A DNA stretch of 64,000 bases, taken from positions 1-64,000 of the forward strand of contig CAWHHI010000008.1 in assembly GCA_963829055.1 (NCBI GenBank), written 5' to 3'. The stretch is from an uncultured Gemmatimonadaceae bacterium. GTDB taxonomy: Bacteria > Gemmatimonadota > Gemmatimonadetes > Gemmatimonadales > Gemmatimonadaceae. Below are positions 10,888 through 22,100 of this stretch, in pieces. A model generated the notes under the pieces. That model saw only the letters and a list, made by a program, of their open reading frames with translations. It searched no databases and had not been told where the DNA came from. The position numbers were made by a program, and so were the translations under genes. Numbering within the stretch: position 1 is the first letter of the stretch; the number at the start of each line of letters is the position of its first letter.

Positions 10888-11884
10888 TCAGTTCCACGGC
10901 AAGGCGCTGCGCTCGCGCCAGTACTCGGTCGAGCCCATCGCCATGGCACGCAGCGCGTCGACCGTGTCATCCGGAACCTCGATGGACGACGCTGCGAGGT
11001 TGGATTCCAGCTGAGTTGTAGTCGTGGCGCCACTCAAGACAACGTCCGCCCACGGCTGCGCGAGTGCGCACGCGAGCGCCAACGCGTCGATGCTGACCGC
11101 GAGCCGTTCTGCTTCTCGCGCGAGTGTGCGAGTATGCGACCGACGCAGCGTCAACGGTCGCACGACCAGTCAGCCGCCCGTTCGCGAGTGCCTCCTTGAC
11201 GATCACGCCCAGCCCGGCGGCATGCGCGGCACTCAACGCATCCTCGGCCGCGCGCTCGAGCAGATTCCACGTGGCCTGCACGGTGTCGAACACGCGATCA
11301 CCGCTGCGGTGGATATCGAGCGCCCGTAGAATCGTGTTCGACTGGCCCTCACCGCTCACCGTGAGCCCGATGCGAAGGCCGGCAGCGCGAGCGTCAGCCA
11401 GCGCGTCGATGAGCGAGTCGTTGGCGAGCACGCCACTCTCGATGGTGGCCGAGTGGATCTGGTAGAGCGCGAGGTGCTTGCCGAGCATCGCGCGCGACTC
11501 GGCGAGCTGGCGGGTGAAGACCGGGAGCGAGTGCTCCTTGATCTCGTGCGTGGGTGCGTCGACACGCCAGTCAGCCGTGTAGGTGTATCCCCACTTCGAG
11601 CCAACCGTCACCGCCAGTGGCGGAATCGTTCGCGATGCGAGCCACGACGCGAGGAACTGCTCGGCAAGGCCGTACGATCGCGCGACGTCGAAGTAGCGCA
11701 CGCCGCGCGCGTACGCGCAGTCGAGCACCAGATGCGCGCGACGCTCCATCGCGTCCTGCCCGCGATCGGACCCGAGATCCTCGCCGTGCCCGACGTTGAT
11801 GTAGCCCGGTCGTCCGAGCGCCGCGAGCCCGAGCCCGATCGGCGACACGGAGAGTCCGGAGGCACCTAACGATTTCAGTAGCAC
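10888..11884 (-). CDS. Aldo/keto reductase (frameshift near 11140)
   Basis: IGLGLAALGRPGY, YFDVARSYG, SKWG, LYQIHS, VVLSGA. Confidence 0.85.
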
Positions 11885-11887
11885 TTC

Positions 11888-12031
11888 GTCATCCCGAGCG
11901 ACGACTGTGTCATCCCGAGCGACAGTGGTGTCATCCCGAGCGGCAGCGAGGGATCTTCTGTGAAGGTCATCGTGGCCAGCCTGGCCACAAGAACGTTCGA
12001 GAAGATCCCTCGCTGCTCGCTCTGGGATGAC
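11888..12031. repeat. REP-like element, GTCATCCCGAGC subfamily
   Basis: Three tandem GTCATCCCGAGC, then AGCGAGGGATCT..AGATCCCTCGCT..GGGATGAC. Confidence 0.85.
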
Positions 12032-12040
12032 ATTCCACTT

Positions 12041-12976
12041 TTAGATAATCCGCTGGCCGAACGCGCTGAGCACGAGCCCCACCGCGAGCTCCGCCGTGCG
12101 GTTCTGCGCGTCGAGCACCGGGTTCACCTCCACCACGTCCAGTGACGTTAGGCGACCGCTGTCCGCGACGATCTCCATCGCGAGATGCCCCTCGCGGTAC
12201 GTGGCGCCACCAGCGACCGGCGTTCCCACCCCCGGGGCGTGTACAGGATCCAGCCAGTCGAGATCCATGGACACATGTACGCCGCCCGTATCTCGACCGA
12301 CGATCGCGAGCGCGTCCTGCATGACCGCGCGGAGTCCGCGCTCATCGATCGCTCGCATTGTGAACGTCGCGACACCCCAATCGCGCAGGTGACGACGCTC
12401 CGGCTCGTCGAGGTCGCGCACGCCGACGACTGCGACGTTCGCCGGGAGGACCGCGGGCGATGGTCCGCCGAGCGCCGCGGAAATTCCCGCGAACATTGGG
12501 TCGCCGTGGCCGAGCAGGTGCGCGAGCGGCATGCCGTGGACGTTTCCACTCACCGAAGTCTGCGGGGTGTTTGCATCCCCGTGCGCATCGAGCCAGATGA
12601 CGCCGACGCGCTCCCCACGCTGCGCGAGCGCGACGGCCGCACCGGCAATCGAGCCCGCGGCAATCGAGTGATCACCACCGACCGTCACCGGGACGGCTCC
12701 GGCGACGATGGCATCCGCGGTCACGCGCGCGAGCTCCATGCACGTCGCCGTGATGGCCGGGAGAAACGCGCCCACCGGTCCAGGAAGCTCCGTCGGCCGA
12801 TGGAGCAGCACCTCGGGTAACGGCGCCGAGACATCGTCATCCGCTTCGACCGTGTGGCCTAACGCCTCGAGGCGGCGCGCCAGGTCCGCGACCCTGAGCG
12901 CGGACGGGCCCATGTCCACTCCTCGACGGCTAGCCCCGAGATCCATGGGTACGCCGGTGATCCGAATGCGGGTCAG
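12041..12976 (-). CDS. rocF: Arginase
   Basis: GVPMDLGASRRGVDMGP, GGDHS, DAHGD, GNVHGMP, SMDLD, EVNP; GGAGG RBS is followed by CTG, so the start codon is uncertain. Confidence 0.9.
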   Translation of the reverse strand: MTRIRITGVPMDLGASRRGVDMGPSALRVADLARRLEALGHTVEADDDVSAPLPEVLLHRPTELPGPVGAFLPAITATCMELARVTADAIVAGAVPVTVGGDHSIAAGSIAGAAVALAQRGERVGVIWLDAHGDANTPQTSVSGNVHGMPLAHLLGHGDPMFAGISAALGGPSPAVLPANVAVVGVRDLDEPERRHLRDWGVATFTMRAIDERGLRAVMQDALAIVGRDTGGVHVSMDLDWLDPVHAPGVGTPVAGGATYREGHLAMEIVADSGRLTSLDVVEVNPVLDAQNRTAELAVGLVLSAFGQRII

Positions 12977-13123
12977 AAGGCCTCCATCGCGTTGTAGGAC
13001 GTGTAGGACGTGTAGGATGACTCGTGGTGCGGTGCCGGCCGACGGCCGTCCGTCATCGCGATGGCAGTTTACCCTGACGGGCACGGGACTCGCGAGTGCC
13101 TTGCGCGACCCGCTCGGAGAGAA

Positions 13124-13731
13124 ATGCTTGTGCGTACGCGTTGGATGCTCACCATCGTGGCTGCTGTTGCGGGAGCCTGTACCGCCGATAAGAACGCCGG
13201 ATCCACTGGCGACACGCTGACTCCCAGTCAACCGCCTGCTACACCGGCAGCGGATTCGACGACCACGCCCGCCTCGGGTGCGCCAACGAGCGCGTGGACG
13301 GTGACGCCTTCGGGCATTGGTCCGATCCGCGTCGGGATGACGGTCGAGGACCTGAAGCGCGTCGGCGGTGACGTGAACGTGCCGGCGGGCAACGCCGACT
13401 GCGCATACGTGCGACCACCGTCTGCGCCGGCGGGTGTGTCCGTCATGCTCGCTCACGGGGAGGTGACGCGCATCGACGTCGAGAGCTCGGGCGTGCAATC
13501 CGACGCCGGTATCGTCGTGGGCGACAGCGCCTCGCGCGTGAGCCAGGTGTACGCGGGCCGCGTGACACGACGCCGCACAAGTACGTCCAGGGCGGGCAGT
13601 ACCTGACGGTGCGCTCGACGTCCCCGCAGGACTCGGCGTTCCGAATCGTTTTCGAAATCGAAGCCGGCCGCGTGACTCGGTTCCGGTCCGGCCGCCTTCC
13701 CGAGGTCGCGTGGGTCGAGCGTTGCGGCTAG
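13124..13731 (+). CDS. Hypothetical lipoprotein (frameshift near 13575)
   Basis: VAGAC lipobox; GIGPIRVGMT; C-terminal FRSGRLPEVAWVERCG in a second frame. Confidence 0.65.
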
Positions 13732-13931
13732 AAAGCGGCGCGTCGAGATCACAGCGCGACGGGCATCGAGAACTGCAAGCTGCATCGCCACCCTGAGGTG
13801 TGATTGTTGCTTGACTTAGTCCCTTGCCTGTTGTAGTGCTATCGCTCGTTCGCACAGAGCACGGCACGTCGGCCGCCGACTGATGCGGATCCCCGGCCGA
13901 CTATCCCTCCGCATCACAAGGGAGCTCGACA

Positions 13932-14636
13932 ATGGCCACTCAACTGACGCCTGAGCAACAGGCCTACTACCAAGGCCTCGCCGACTACGAGGCCGCCCTG
14001 CACGCCGAGGCCACCGCAGCCGCCGGGCAGGTGTCGGACGAGGAGATCCTCCAGGCGCAGATGTACGAAGCCCAGGTGCTGGAAGCGCAGATGTTCGAGG
14101 CGCAGATCGCCGAAGCGCAGATGCTCGAGGCGCAGATGCTCGAAGCCCGGATGCTCGAAATCCAGATGGCCAGCGGCTCGCCCGACATTGAAGCCCACTA
14201 CGCACACGCCATCGCCCAGTACGATGCGCTGCTTCTGCACCAGCAGGCCGCGCTCGAACAGGCCGCAGCCAGCATGGAAGCCGCGTACGTCGGCGGAATG
14301 GTCGCGTACGAGCAGGCCATGATGGCCGAAGCGGAGTTCGCGCAGGCAGGTGCTGCCGGAGAAAGCGGCGGCGTGCCTGACGAGCAGACGGCGTACCTTC
14401 AGGGGCTCACCGACTTCGAGCTCGAGCTGCTCGTGAAGGCTGCGGGCGAGCGCGCGGCTGCCCTCACGCCGGAGCTCCGTGAAGCGTACGACAAGGGGCG
14501 CGCCGACTACGAGAAGGCCATGGCGCCGCAGCCTGGCGAAGGCGGCACCGAAGGTGAAGCGCAGACCGAAGCCGGCGGCGAGGAAGCGAGCGCCGGCGAG
14601 AGTGGCAGAAGCCGGCGCCGCTCACGGTCCCGCTGA
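13932..14636 (+). CDS. A/E/Q-rich hypothetical protein with eight EAQML-type pentapeptide repeats
   Basis: GGAG RBS, GC3-biased codons, 234 aa; stop codon abuts the stop of the convergent NRPS gene. Confidence 0.8.
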   Translation: MATQLTPEQQAYYQGLADYEAALHAEATAAAGQVSDEEILQAQMYEAQVLEAQMFEAQIAEAQMLEAQMLEARMLEIQMASGSPDIEAHYAHAIAQYDALLLHQQAALEQAAASMEAAYVGGMVAYEQAMMAEAEFAQAGAAGESGGVPDEQTAYLQGLTDFELELLVKAAGERAAALTPELREAYDKGRADYEKAMAPQPGEGGTEGEAQTEAGGEEASAGESGRSRRRSRSR

Positions 14637-15239
14637 TCAGCCTCGCGGAAGACGCACGATCGGCGCGGGCGCCGGGGACTCTCCCGACGCCCGCGCTTCA
14701 TCTATGGCCCGCGCGAGACCGTTGACCGTCGGCGCCTCGAACAGACGCCGCAACGGGACCTCGACGCCGAACGCCGCGCGCACGCGCGACATGAGACGCG
14801 TAGCGAGCAGCGAGTGGCCGCCTACCTCGAAGAAGTTGTCGTCGGCACCGATGCGGTCCACTGGCAACAGCTGGCGCCACAATCGCATGAGATCCACCTC
14901 GGTTGGCGTCCTGGGTGGTGTGAGCGGGCGCGCCTCGCGTACGGCCGCGGCAGCACCGTCCAGTCGCCGCGTGTCGAGCTTCCCCGCTTCGTCGCGCGGC
15001 AATGCATCCACCACCACGACCTCCGGGACGAGCGGATCGGGGATGTACTGCGCGACATGTGCGCGGATCGCGTCGCCGGTCGCGTCGCTATGCGGAGCGA
15101 GCGCGACATACGCTACGAGGTGCCGCGCCTCCTCGAGGGCATCCGTCCCGAGGTGCTCGGCCAATAGTGCGCGCTGCTCAGGCGTGAGCCGCCTGACACG
15201 CTCGGCCAACACGCCTAACGCCGCCGCTCGATCACTCAT
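14637..15239 (-). CDS. Stand-alone A-domain C-terminal subdomain plus PCP, with an N-terminal docking-like helix
   Basis: LTPEQRALL, LVAYV, LPRDEAGKLD (A10), NFFEVGGHSLLA; ATG overlaps the upstream TGA (ATGA). Confidence 0.85.
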   Translation of the reverse strand: MSDRAAALGVLAERVRRLTPEQRALLAEHLGTDALEEARHLVAYVALAPHSDATGDAIRAHVAQYIPDPLVPEVVVVDALPRDEAGKLDTRRLDGAAAAVREARPLTPPRTPTEVDLMRLWRQLLPVDRIGADDNFFEVGGHSLLATRLMSRVRAAFGVEVPLRRLFEAPTVNGLARAIDEARASGESPAPAPIVRLPRG

Positions 15240-18200
15240 TTCACGGCCGCAACGACGACCATAGAGTCCGCCCACCAGTAATTGCAGTCGGGCGGGGGCT
15301 CGAGGTCCCGCACGACGCTCAGCGTCAGGCTCGAGAAGTGCCGGAGCACGAGCCGCTGATGGCGCCGGCTGAACGAGTCGATCTCGTTCGTGTAGTACGT
15401 CAGCACGCCGCCCGGCCTGAGCAGCGAGGCCGCGGTCGGAAGAAAGCTGTCGGCAAACGTCACGCTTTCCACCACCCGCGCCACGAACTCGGCCTCGGTC
15501 TGCGGGTAGGTGTCGAACAGGATGGCGTCCACCGGCGCGAGTGTGGCAGCGACGTCCTCCCACCGCCCGTGCATGAAGCGGATGTCGCGGTCCGGATAGT
15601 TCGCGCGCCACTCGCGCGCGGCCGCTAACACGGCATCGTTGGACTCGATGATCGTGTGAGACCGGACGCCGCGCTCCTGCACGAGCGTGGCCGACATTCC
15701 CATGCCGAACCCCACCTCGATCATGTCGCGGTCGGGGCGCGCGACGACGTCGGCCATCGCGCGCATGAGCGGCCGCTCCCACGCCTGCATCACCTGCTGC
15801 CCGCGCAGCTCGAGGCGCTCACCGTCGGCGCGCGCTTGCGCGGTCTTCCACTCGCCCTCGATCGGCGCGCGCACCGAGCCGTGCACGAAGCGGCGCGACA
15901 CCGCGTCGAGATGCGTGAGGTCGTCGGCCAGCTCGTCGGCCGCGCGCTGCAGCAGCCAGTTGCGCTGCGCGTCGGCGGGCGCAGGCACGAACGCGTCGTT
16001 CCGGACGTGCAGCGCGAGCTCGTAATCAGCGGTCTTCCGATGCACGATGGTGCCTCCTTCAGGATGTCGCCCGCTCGTGCGGACGATGTCGAGCAACGCG
16101 GCGCCGCCAGGCCCGAGTCGCTCCACGGCGGTGAGCGCACGGTCCGACCTCTCGGTTCCCAGCGCAGCGAGGCGCTCGACGACGGCGCTCGCGTTAGGTT
16201 GGGCCGACACGAGAACGGCTGCCTCCCGTACCGTCGGGTGCTCGGCGATCACGCTCTCGATCTCGCCGAGCTCGATGCGGAAGCCGCGCACCTTCACCTG
16301 GCGGTCGGCGCGGCCGAGGAACTCGAGCACGCCGTCCTCGCGCCAGCGCGCGGTGTCCCCGGTGCGGTACAGGCGCCCGCCGGGCGCCGCCGCGAACGGG
16401 TCCGGCACGAACCGCTCCGCGGTCAGGGCGGGGTCGTTCAGGTAGCCGAGCGCGACGCCGGCGCCGCCGACGCAGAGCTCCCCGGGTACGCCCGTCGGCG
16501 CGAGCTGCAGGTGCTCGTCGACGACGTAGACACTGGTGTTGTCGATCGGTGAACCGATCGGCACGATGGGATCATTGCATTCCGGTGCGCAGCGCCACCA
16601 CGTCGCGCCGATCGTCGCCTCGGTCGGGCCGTAGCAGTTGATGAGCTGCGCATCCATGCGTGCGTGAAAGAGGCGCGCGAGCGATGCGGGGAGCGCCTCG
16701 CCACCACACACGACTCGGCGTAGCGACGAGACGCTGGCGAAGCGCTCGTCGTCGAGAAACGCGGCCAGCATCGACGGAACGACGTCGATGGCCGTGACCT
16801 GGTGGCGGACGATAAGGTCAACGAGACCCTTCACATCGCGGTGCCCGTCAGGCTCGGCCAGCACGAGCGAGGCGCCAGCGATGAGGGTGCCGAAGATCTC
16901 GACGGCGGCGGCATCGAACGCCACCGAGTACTTGCCGAGGACGCGGTCGCCGGCCGCGAGTGGGAGGGCGCGCTGCAGCCACGCCAGGTGGTTGACGAGC
17001 GCGCGCACCGGAACGACGACGCCCTTGGGTCGGCCGGTGGATCCACTGGTGTAGATGACGTAGGCAGGTGCGTCGACAGCGGCGGTCATTCCGAGCGGAG
17101 TGGGCGCGGAGGGCCCGCAGAGTCGAGCAGTCTCCGCGCTCTGTCCCGGACTCCGCCACCGCGTTAGGCAGCTCGATATCACCGAGCCAGTCGACGAGGA
17201 GGGCGTGATCCGCGAGTGCAGGCGGCAGCAGGCGAGTCAGCCTCCGACTGGTGATCACGACTTCGGCGCTGGCGTCCGCGATTGCGCGCGCGAGTCGCGC
17301 GGGCGGTTGCGCTGGATCCAGCGGCAAATAAGGTGAGCCACTAGCCATCACGCCAAGGAGTGCCACCGGAAGCGCGGGCGATCGCTCCAGGAGCACTGCT
17401 ACCGGCAGTGGACTGGCGGCCGCCGCCGTGCCTCGCGCAAGCGCAGTCGTGAGTCGGGCTGCTCGGCGTACCAGTTCGCCGTAGCTCATCTCCACGCACT
17501 CACCAGAAGCACCCGACGAGTCCCGGTCGTTAGGCGCCACGAGCGCCAGGGCGGTCGGGTCTGCCGCCGCCCGCTGGGCGACCAGCTCGGGGACAGTCAC
17601 GCCCGCGGGCACCTCCACCGCCGGCCCCGTCCCCCACGCGAGCAACCGCCGCCGTTCGGCCGGCGTGATGATCGGCAGCTCGCCCAGCGGCAGGTCGGGC
17701 GCACCCGCGGCGGCCGCCAGCAGAGCCACGTAGTGCTCGAGCAGCCGCGCCATGCGTGCGTGGTCGAACAGGTCGGTCGCGTACTCGGCGTACACCGTCG
17801 CACTATCCGGACGCAGCTCGATGTCGATCGCGAGGTCGACGTTCGCCGTCCCCTTGTGCACCTCGAACGGATGCGTGTCGCCTGTGGCGTCTCGGCTCGG
17901 AGCGTTGAGCAGGTGAAACGTGATCTGGAACAGCGGATTGCGATCGAGACGTCGCTCGGGTGCCAGCGAGGCGACGAGCTTCTCGAATGGGAGGTCCTGG
18001 TGCGCGTGTGCGGCGAGCACCAGCTCGCGCGCGCGTCGCACCGCCTCTCTGAACGAAGGGCGGCCCCCAAGATCCGCTCGCAGCACGAGCGTATTGACGA
18101 AGAAGCCAATGAGGCCCTCGGTCTCCGGCCGCGCACGGTTGGCTACCGGCATGCCGACTACCGGGTCCACCTGCCCGGTGTAGCGCGTGAGCAGCGCCTG

Positions 18201-19139
18201 GAAGCCGGCCAGCAGCACCATGAACGGCGTCGCCGCCTCCGCCATGCCTAACGTGCGCAGTCGCTCCACGAGTTCCGCCGGAAGGCTGATCGTCTGCCTC
18301 GCCCCTCGAAACGTCCCGATGGCCGGACGCGGCCGGTCCGCGGGCAGCTCCGTAACCGGAAGGTCGGCGAGCTGCCGCTTCCAGTAGGCGAGCTGCGCGT
18401 CGAGCGCGGGCCCCTCGAGCCGCACGCGCTGCCAGACCGCGTAGTCGGGGTACTGTACCGGCAGCTCGGCCAACGGCGACGGCCGACCCGCCGCGTACGC
18501 CTGGTAGAGCGCCTCGAGCTCGCGGTTCAGCACCTCCATCGACCACCCGTCCGACACGATGTGATGCATCACGAGCAGCAGCACCCAGTCGCGCGCGTCG
18601 AGTCGCATGAGCGTCGCGCGCAGGAGGGGGCCACGCATCAGGTCGAACGGCCGGCGCGCCTCTTCGGCCACGAGTGCCGTGGCTCGTGCTTCGCGGTCCG
18701 CACGAATGACATCGCCGAGGTCTACGACTGGCAGCGGCAGTACGAGCGACGGCTCGATGCGTTGCATCGGTCGGCCATCGACCTCCACGAACGTCGTGCG
18801 CAGCGCCTCGTGCCGTCGCACGATGTCGCGCAGCGCACGCTGCAGCGCCGGCACGTTCACGGCATGGGCGAGCCGCAGCGCGACGTGGATGTTGTAGAGC
18901 GGACTGCTGGGCGCGAGGCGGTCGAGGAACCAGAGTCGCTCCTGCGCGAACGACGGCGGCACGAGATCCATCGCCGCCGGGCGACGCCCGATGGGGAGGC
19001 GCGTGTACACGTCGGGCTCGCCCGCGAGCAGTCGCTCGAGCGCGGCACGCCGCTCGGGCGACAAGCCAGCGATCCGACTCGCCAGCGATGCCGCGGCGTC
19101 GGAAGACTTCACCGGCGAGGTCTCCGGATCACGCGCCAC
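15236..19139 (-). CDS. NRPS: C - A core - GAMT/RMT2-like methyltransferase (frameshift near 17100-17150)
   Basis: SFAQERLWFL, HHIVSDGWS, YTSGSTGRPKG, YGPTE, YRTGD, KVRGFRIELGEIE; then VMQAWE, IEVGFGMG, HTIIE, G.WEDV, FDTYP. Confidence 0.85.
16250..16531. repeat. 282-bp segment identical to 24531-24812 (A-domain A6-A8 region)
   Basis: Direct comparison of the two segments by eye. Confidence 0.8.
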
Positions 19140-19145
19140 GCGCCC

Positions 19146-22100
19146 TCACACGGGTGGCGCGAGACCGACGTCACCGCGCGGCAAAGTGCGCTCATCCGCG
19201 GCAACACCATCCGTCGCGAGCAGGATCGACATCTCGGCATCCGTGAGATGCTCCACTCGCTCCAGCGCTCGCGCGATTCGCTCGTCCGCGGCGTCCACAT
19301 GCGACGCGTTGCTCGCGATGTGCGCCGCGAGCTGGCCAACCGTAGGCGCGTCGAAGAGCGCTCGCACGGATACCTCGATGCCCAGTGCCTGGCGGATGCG
19401 AGACGTGAGCTGGATGGCGAGCAACGAGTGCCCGCCGAGCTCGAAGAAGTTGTCGTCGAGGCCCACCTGTGCGATCCCGAGCTGCGCCTGCCAGATCTCG
19501 GCCAGCGTGCGCTCGGTGTCAGTGAGGGGCGCTACGTACGTGCTCGACAGCTCGGGCCGCTCGTGCAACACACCCGTTAGGCCCACCGACGCCGCCGCCG
19601 GACCGATCTCGATTTCGGGGGCCGCGGCCGTGGCGCGCACGGCCGCGAGCTCCACCCACTGTTCCAGCCGCCGCTGCAGATCGCCGGTCGAGACCACGAC
19701 CTGACCCGTGACGTTCGCGCCGAGGATGCGCCGGAATACCTCGACGCCTTCGCCGGGCAGGATCGTAAGCTCGGCCGAGCCGTCGGCACTGGCGCCAAAG
19801 TCCCATCCGTCCCAGCTCACACTCACCCACCGAGCACTGCCGGCGCGCTGCTCGCGCTCCGCGACGGCGTCGAGGTACATGTTCGCGGCGGCGTACGGCA
19901 CGTAGCCGAGGCCCACGAGCACCGATGAGAGCGAAGAGAGGAGAACCCAGACGGCGGGCCCGCCATCGCCGCCATCGCGCAGCACGCGGCGCAGCACGCG
20001 CAGACCGTCGGCCTTCGGTGCGAAGTGTGCCGCGCTCGTCTCCGCATCTAGCTCGCCAACACTCTGGAAGAACTCGCGGCTCGTTTGCCCGGCGCCATGG
20101 ATGACCGCGTCGATGCGCCCGAACCGCTCGCGTGCCAGGCGCACGCCCTCGCGCATTGCGCGCTCGTCTCCCACGTCGGCCGCGACCGTGAGCACTTCCG
20201 CACCTAACGACTCGATCGCACGCACCGCGGCAATCCGGCGGCCGGTCGCGTCCGAGGGGTTGTGCGCGAGCCAGTCATCCCATGCCTCGCGCGGAGGCAG
20301 CGCCGTGCGCCCGACGAGCACCAGCTTCGCCTTCACCGTCTGCGCAAGGTACTCGGCGAAGAGCAGACCGATATTCCCAAGGCCGCCGGTCACCAGCCAC
20401 ACGGCGCCAGGTCGCATTGCCACAGAAGGGAGCGCGCTCTCCTCGCGGAGCCGCAACGGCTCGAAGGTCTGCGCCCACCGGTGGGCGCCGCGGTATGCGA
20501 CGACCGCCGACACATTGTCGCTGTCGAGCTCCGCGATCACACGCCGCGCCAGCCCTCGGATATCCGCGTCGTTCAACGCGGCCGGCGCGGGTACGTCGAT
20601 GGCGCGGCAGACGAGCTCGGGGTACTCCTGCGGCACGCCCTTGGATACCGCGAGCAGCGTTGCCTTCTCGGGCTCGAGCGGCTCGTCGCCCGTCACCGTC
20701 ACGATACCGCTGCCGACTGCCGCGACTCGAACACCCGCACGACCGCGAGCGGCGAGCGCCCGCGTCAGGTGCAATACACTATCGAAGCCCCGCCGCTGTG
20801 CGCGCGTGAACGCCGCGTCCTCATCGATCTCCGCTGGCGCGGCGCCGACGCTCCAGCAGTGCAGTACCCGGTCGGGCGTCATCCCGCGTGTATCCAGCGC
20901 GTCGAGCAACGCCGTGTAGCCGGCGCGGTCACCGGGATCGAGCTCGAAGTACGTACCGTCAAGCGCCGCGAATCGCTCACCGGGGACAATCACCGCCACC
21001 GGCGCGCCCGCTGCCTGTAGGATCTGCGTCACCGCCGAACCGAGGGCATCGTCCTCCGCGAACACGAGCCATCTGGATTGCCTAACGTCTTCCGCCGACC
21101 ACGCGGCCTGAGGCAACCGCCGCCAGGACGGAACGTAGGTCCACTCACCGACGTCGGCGCGCTTGCCAACGCTTGCCGCAGCCGCGGCGACCGAGATAGC
21201 GGCGCCATCCGCCGCGGCGATCGGCGCGGGCTCCACCCAGTAGCGCTGCCGCTCGAACGGGTACGTTGGCAGCGGGACCCGCCGACGCCGTTCGTGCGCA
21301 TGCACGCCCGCCCAGTTCACCGGCACGCCAGCCAGCCAGAGGCGACCAAGCGTCGTGAGCGTGGTGGCACCGTCGGCGTTGTGGTCCTGCGGATGGCGCA
21401 TCGTCTGGAGCGGTGTCTGGCCTAACGACCGGGCCGGGTGCTGCCGCGCGAGCGTCGTCAGCGTGTTCCCCGAGCCCACCTCGAGGAGCAGGATCTGCGG
21501 GTCCTGCAGCAACGTCGCGAGGCCGTCGGCGAAGCGGACCGTTCCCCGCAGTTGGCGCGCCCAGTACCCGGGACTCGTCGCCTCCTCCGCGGTGATCCAC
21601 GTGCCCGTGAGATTCGAGACGAACGGGATCGACGGTGCTCGCAATGGGACTCGCGCCACCTCGGCGGCGAACGGCGCGAGCGCCCCCTCCATCGATGCCG
21701 AATGGAATGCGTGGGACGTATGCAGCCGGCGTCCCTGCACGCCCTGCTCGGCGAGCTGCTCGGCGAGCGCGTCCACCGCGGCTTCGGGTCCAGAAACGAC
21801 GCACAGCGCAGGCGCGTTCACCGCCGCGAGCGCGAGGTGCTCGTCGAGCAGCGGCAACACCTCCGCCTCGGGAAGCGCCACGGCGAGCATCGCGCCCCGC
21901 GGCATTCGTTGCATGAGCTGCCCGCGCGCAGCAACGAGCGCGAGCGCCTCGTCGAAGGACAGCACGCCCGCGATGCACGCGGCGACGTACTCGCCTACGC
22001 TGTGGCCGATCATCGCGCGCGGAACGATCCCCCATTCCTGAACGAGCATCGCCGTCGCGTACTCGGTGATGAAGAGCGCCGGCTGCGTGATCGCGGTGAG

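Noticed and set aside
8313..12031. CRISPR array
   Set aside because: The repeats are 12-bp arms with spacers of about 10 bp, and there are no cas genes; they are REP-like.
12994..13019. GTAGGACGT x3 microrepeat upstream of arginase
   Set aside because: Short, with no supportable function.
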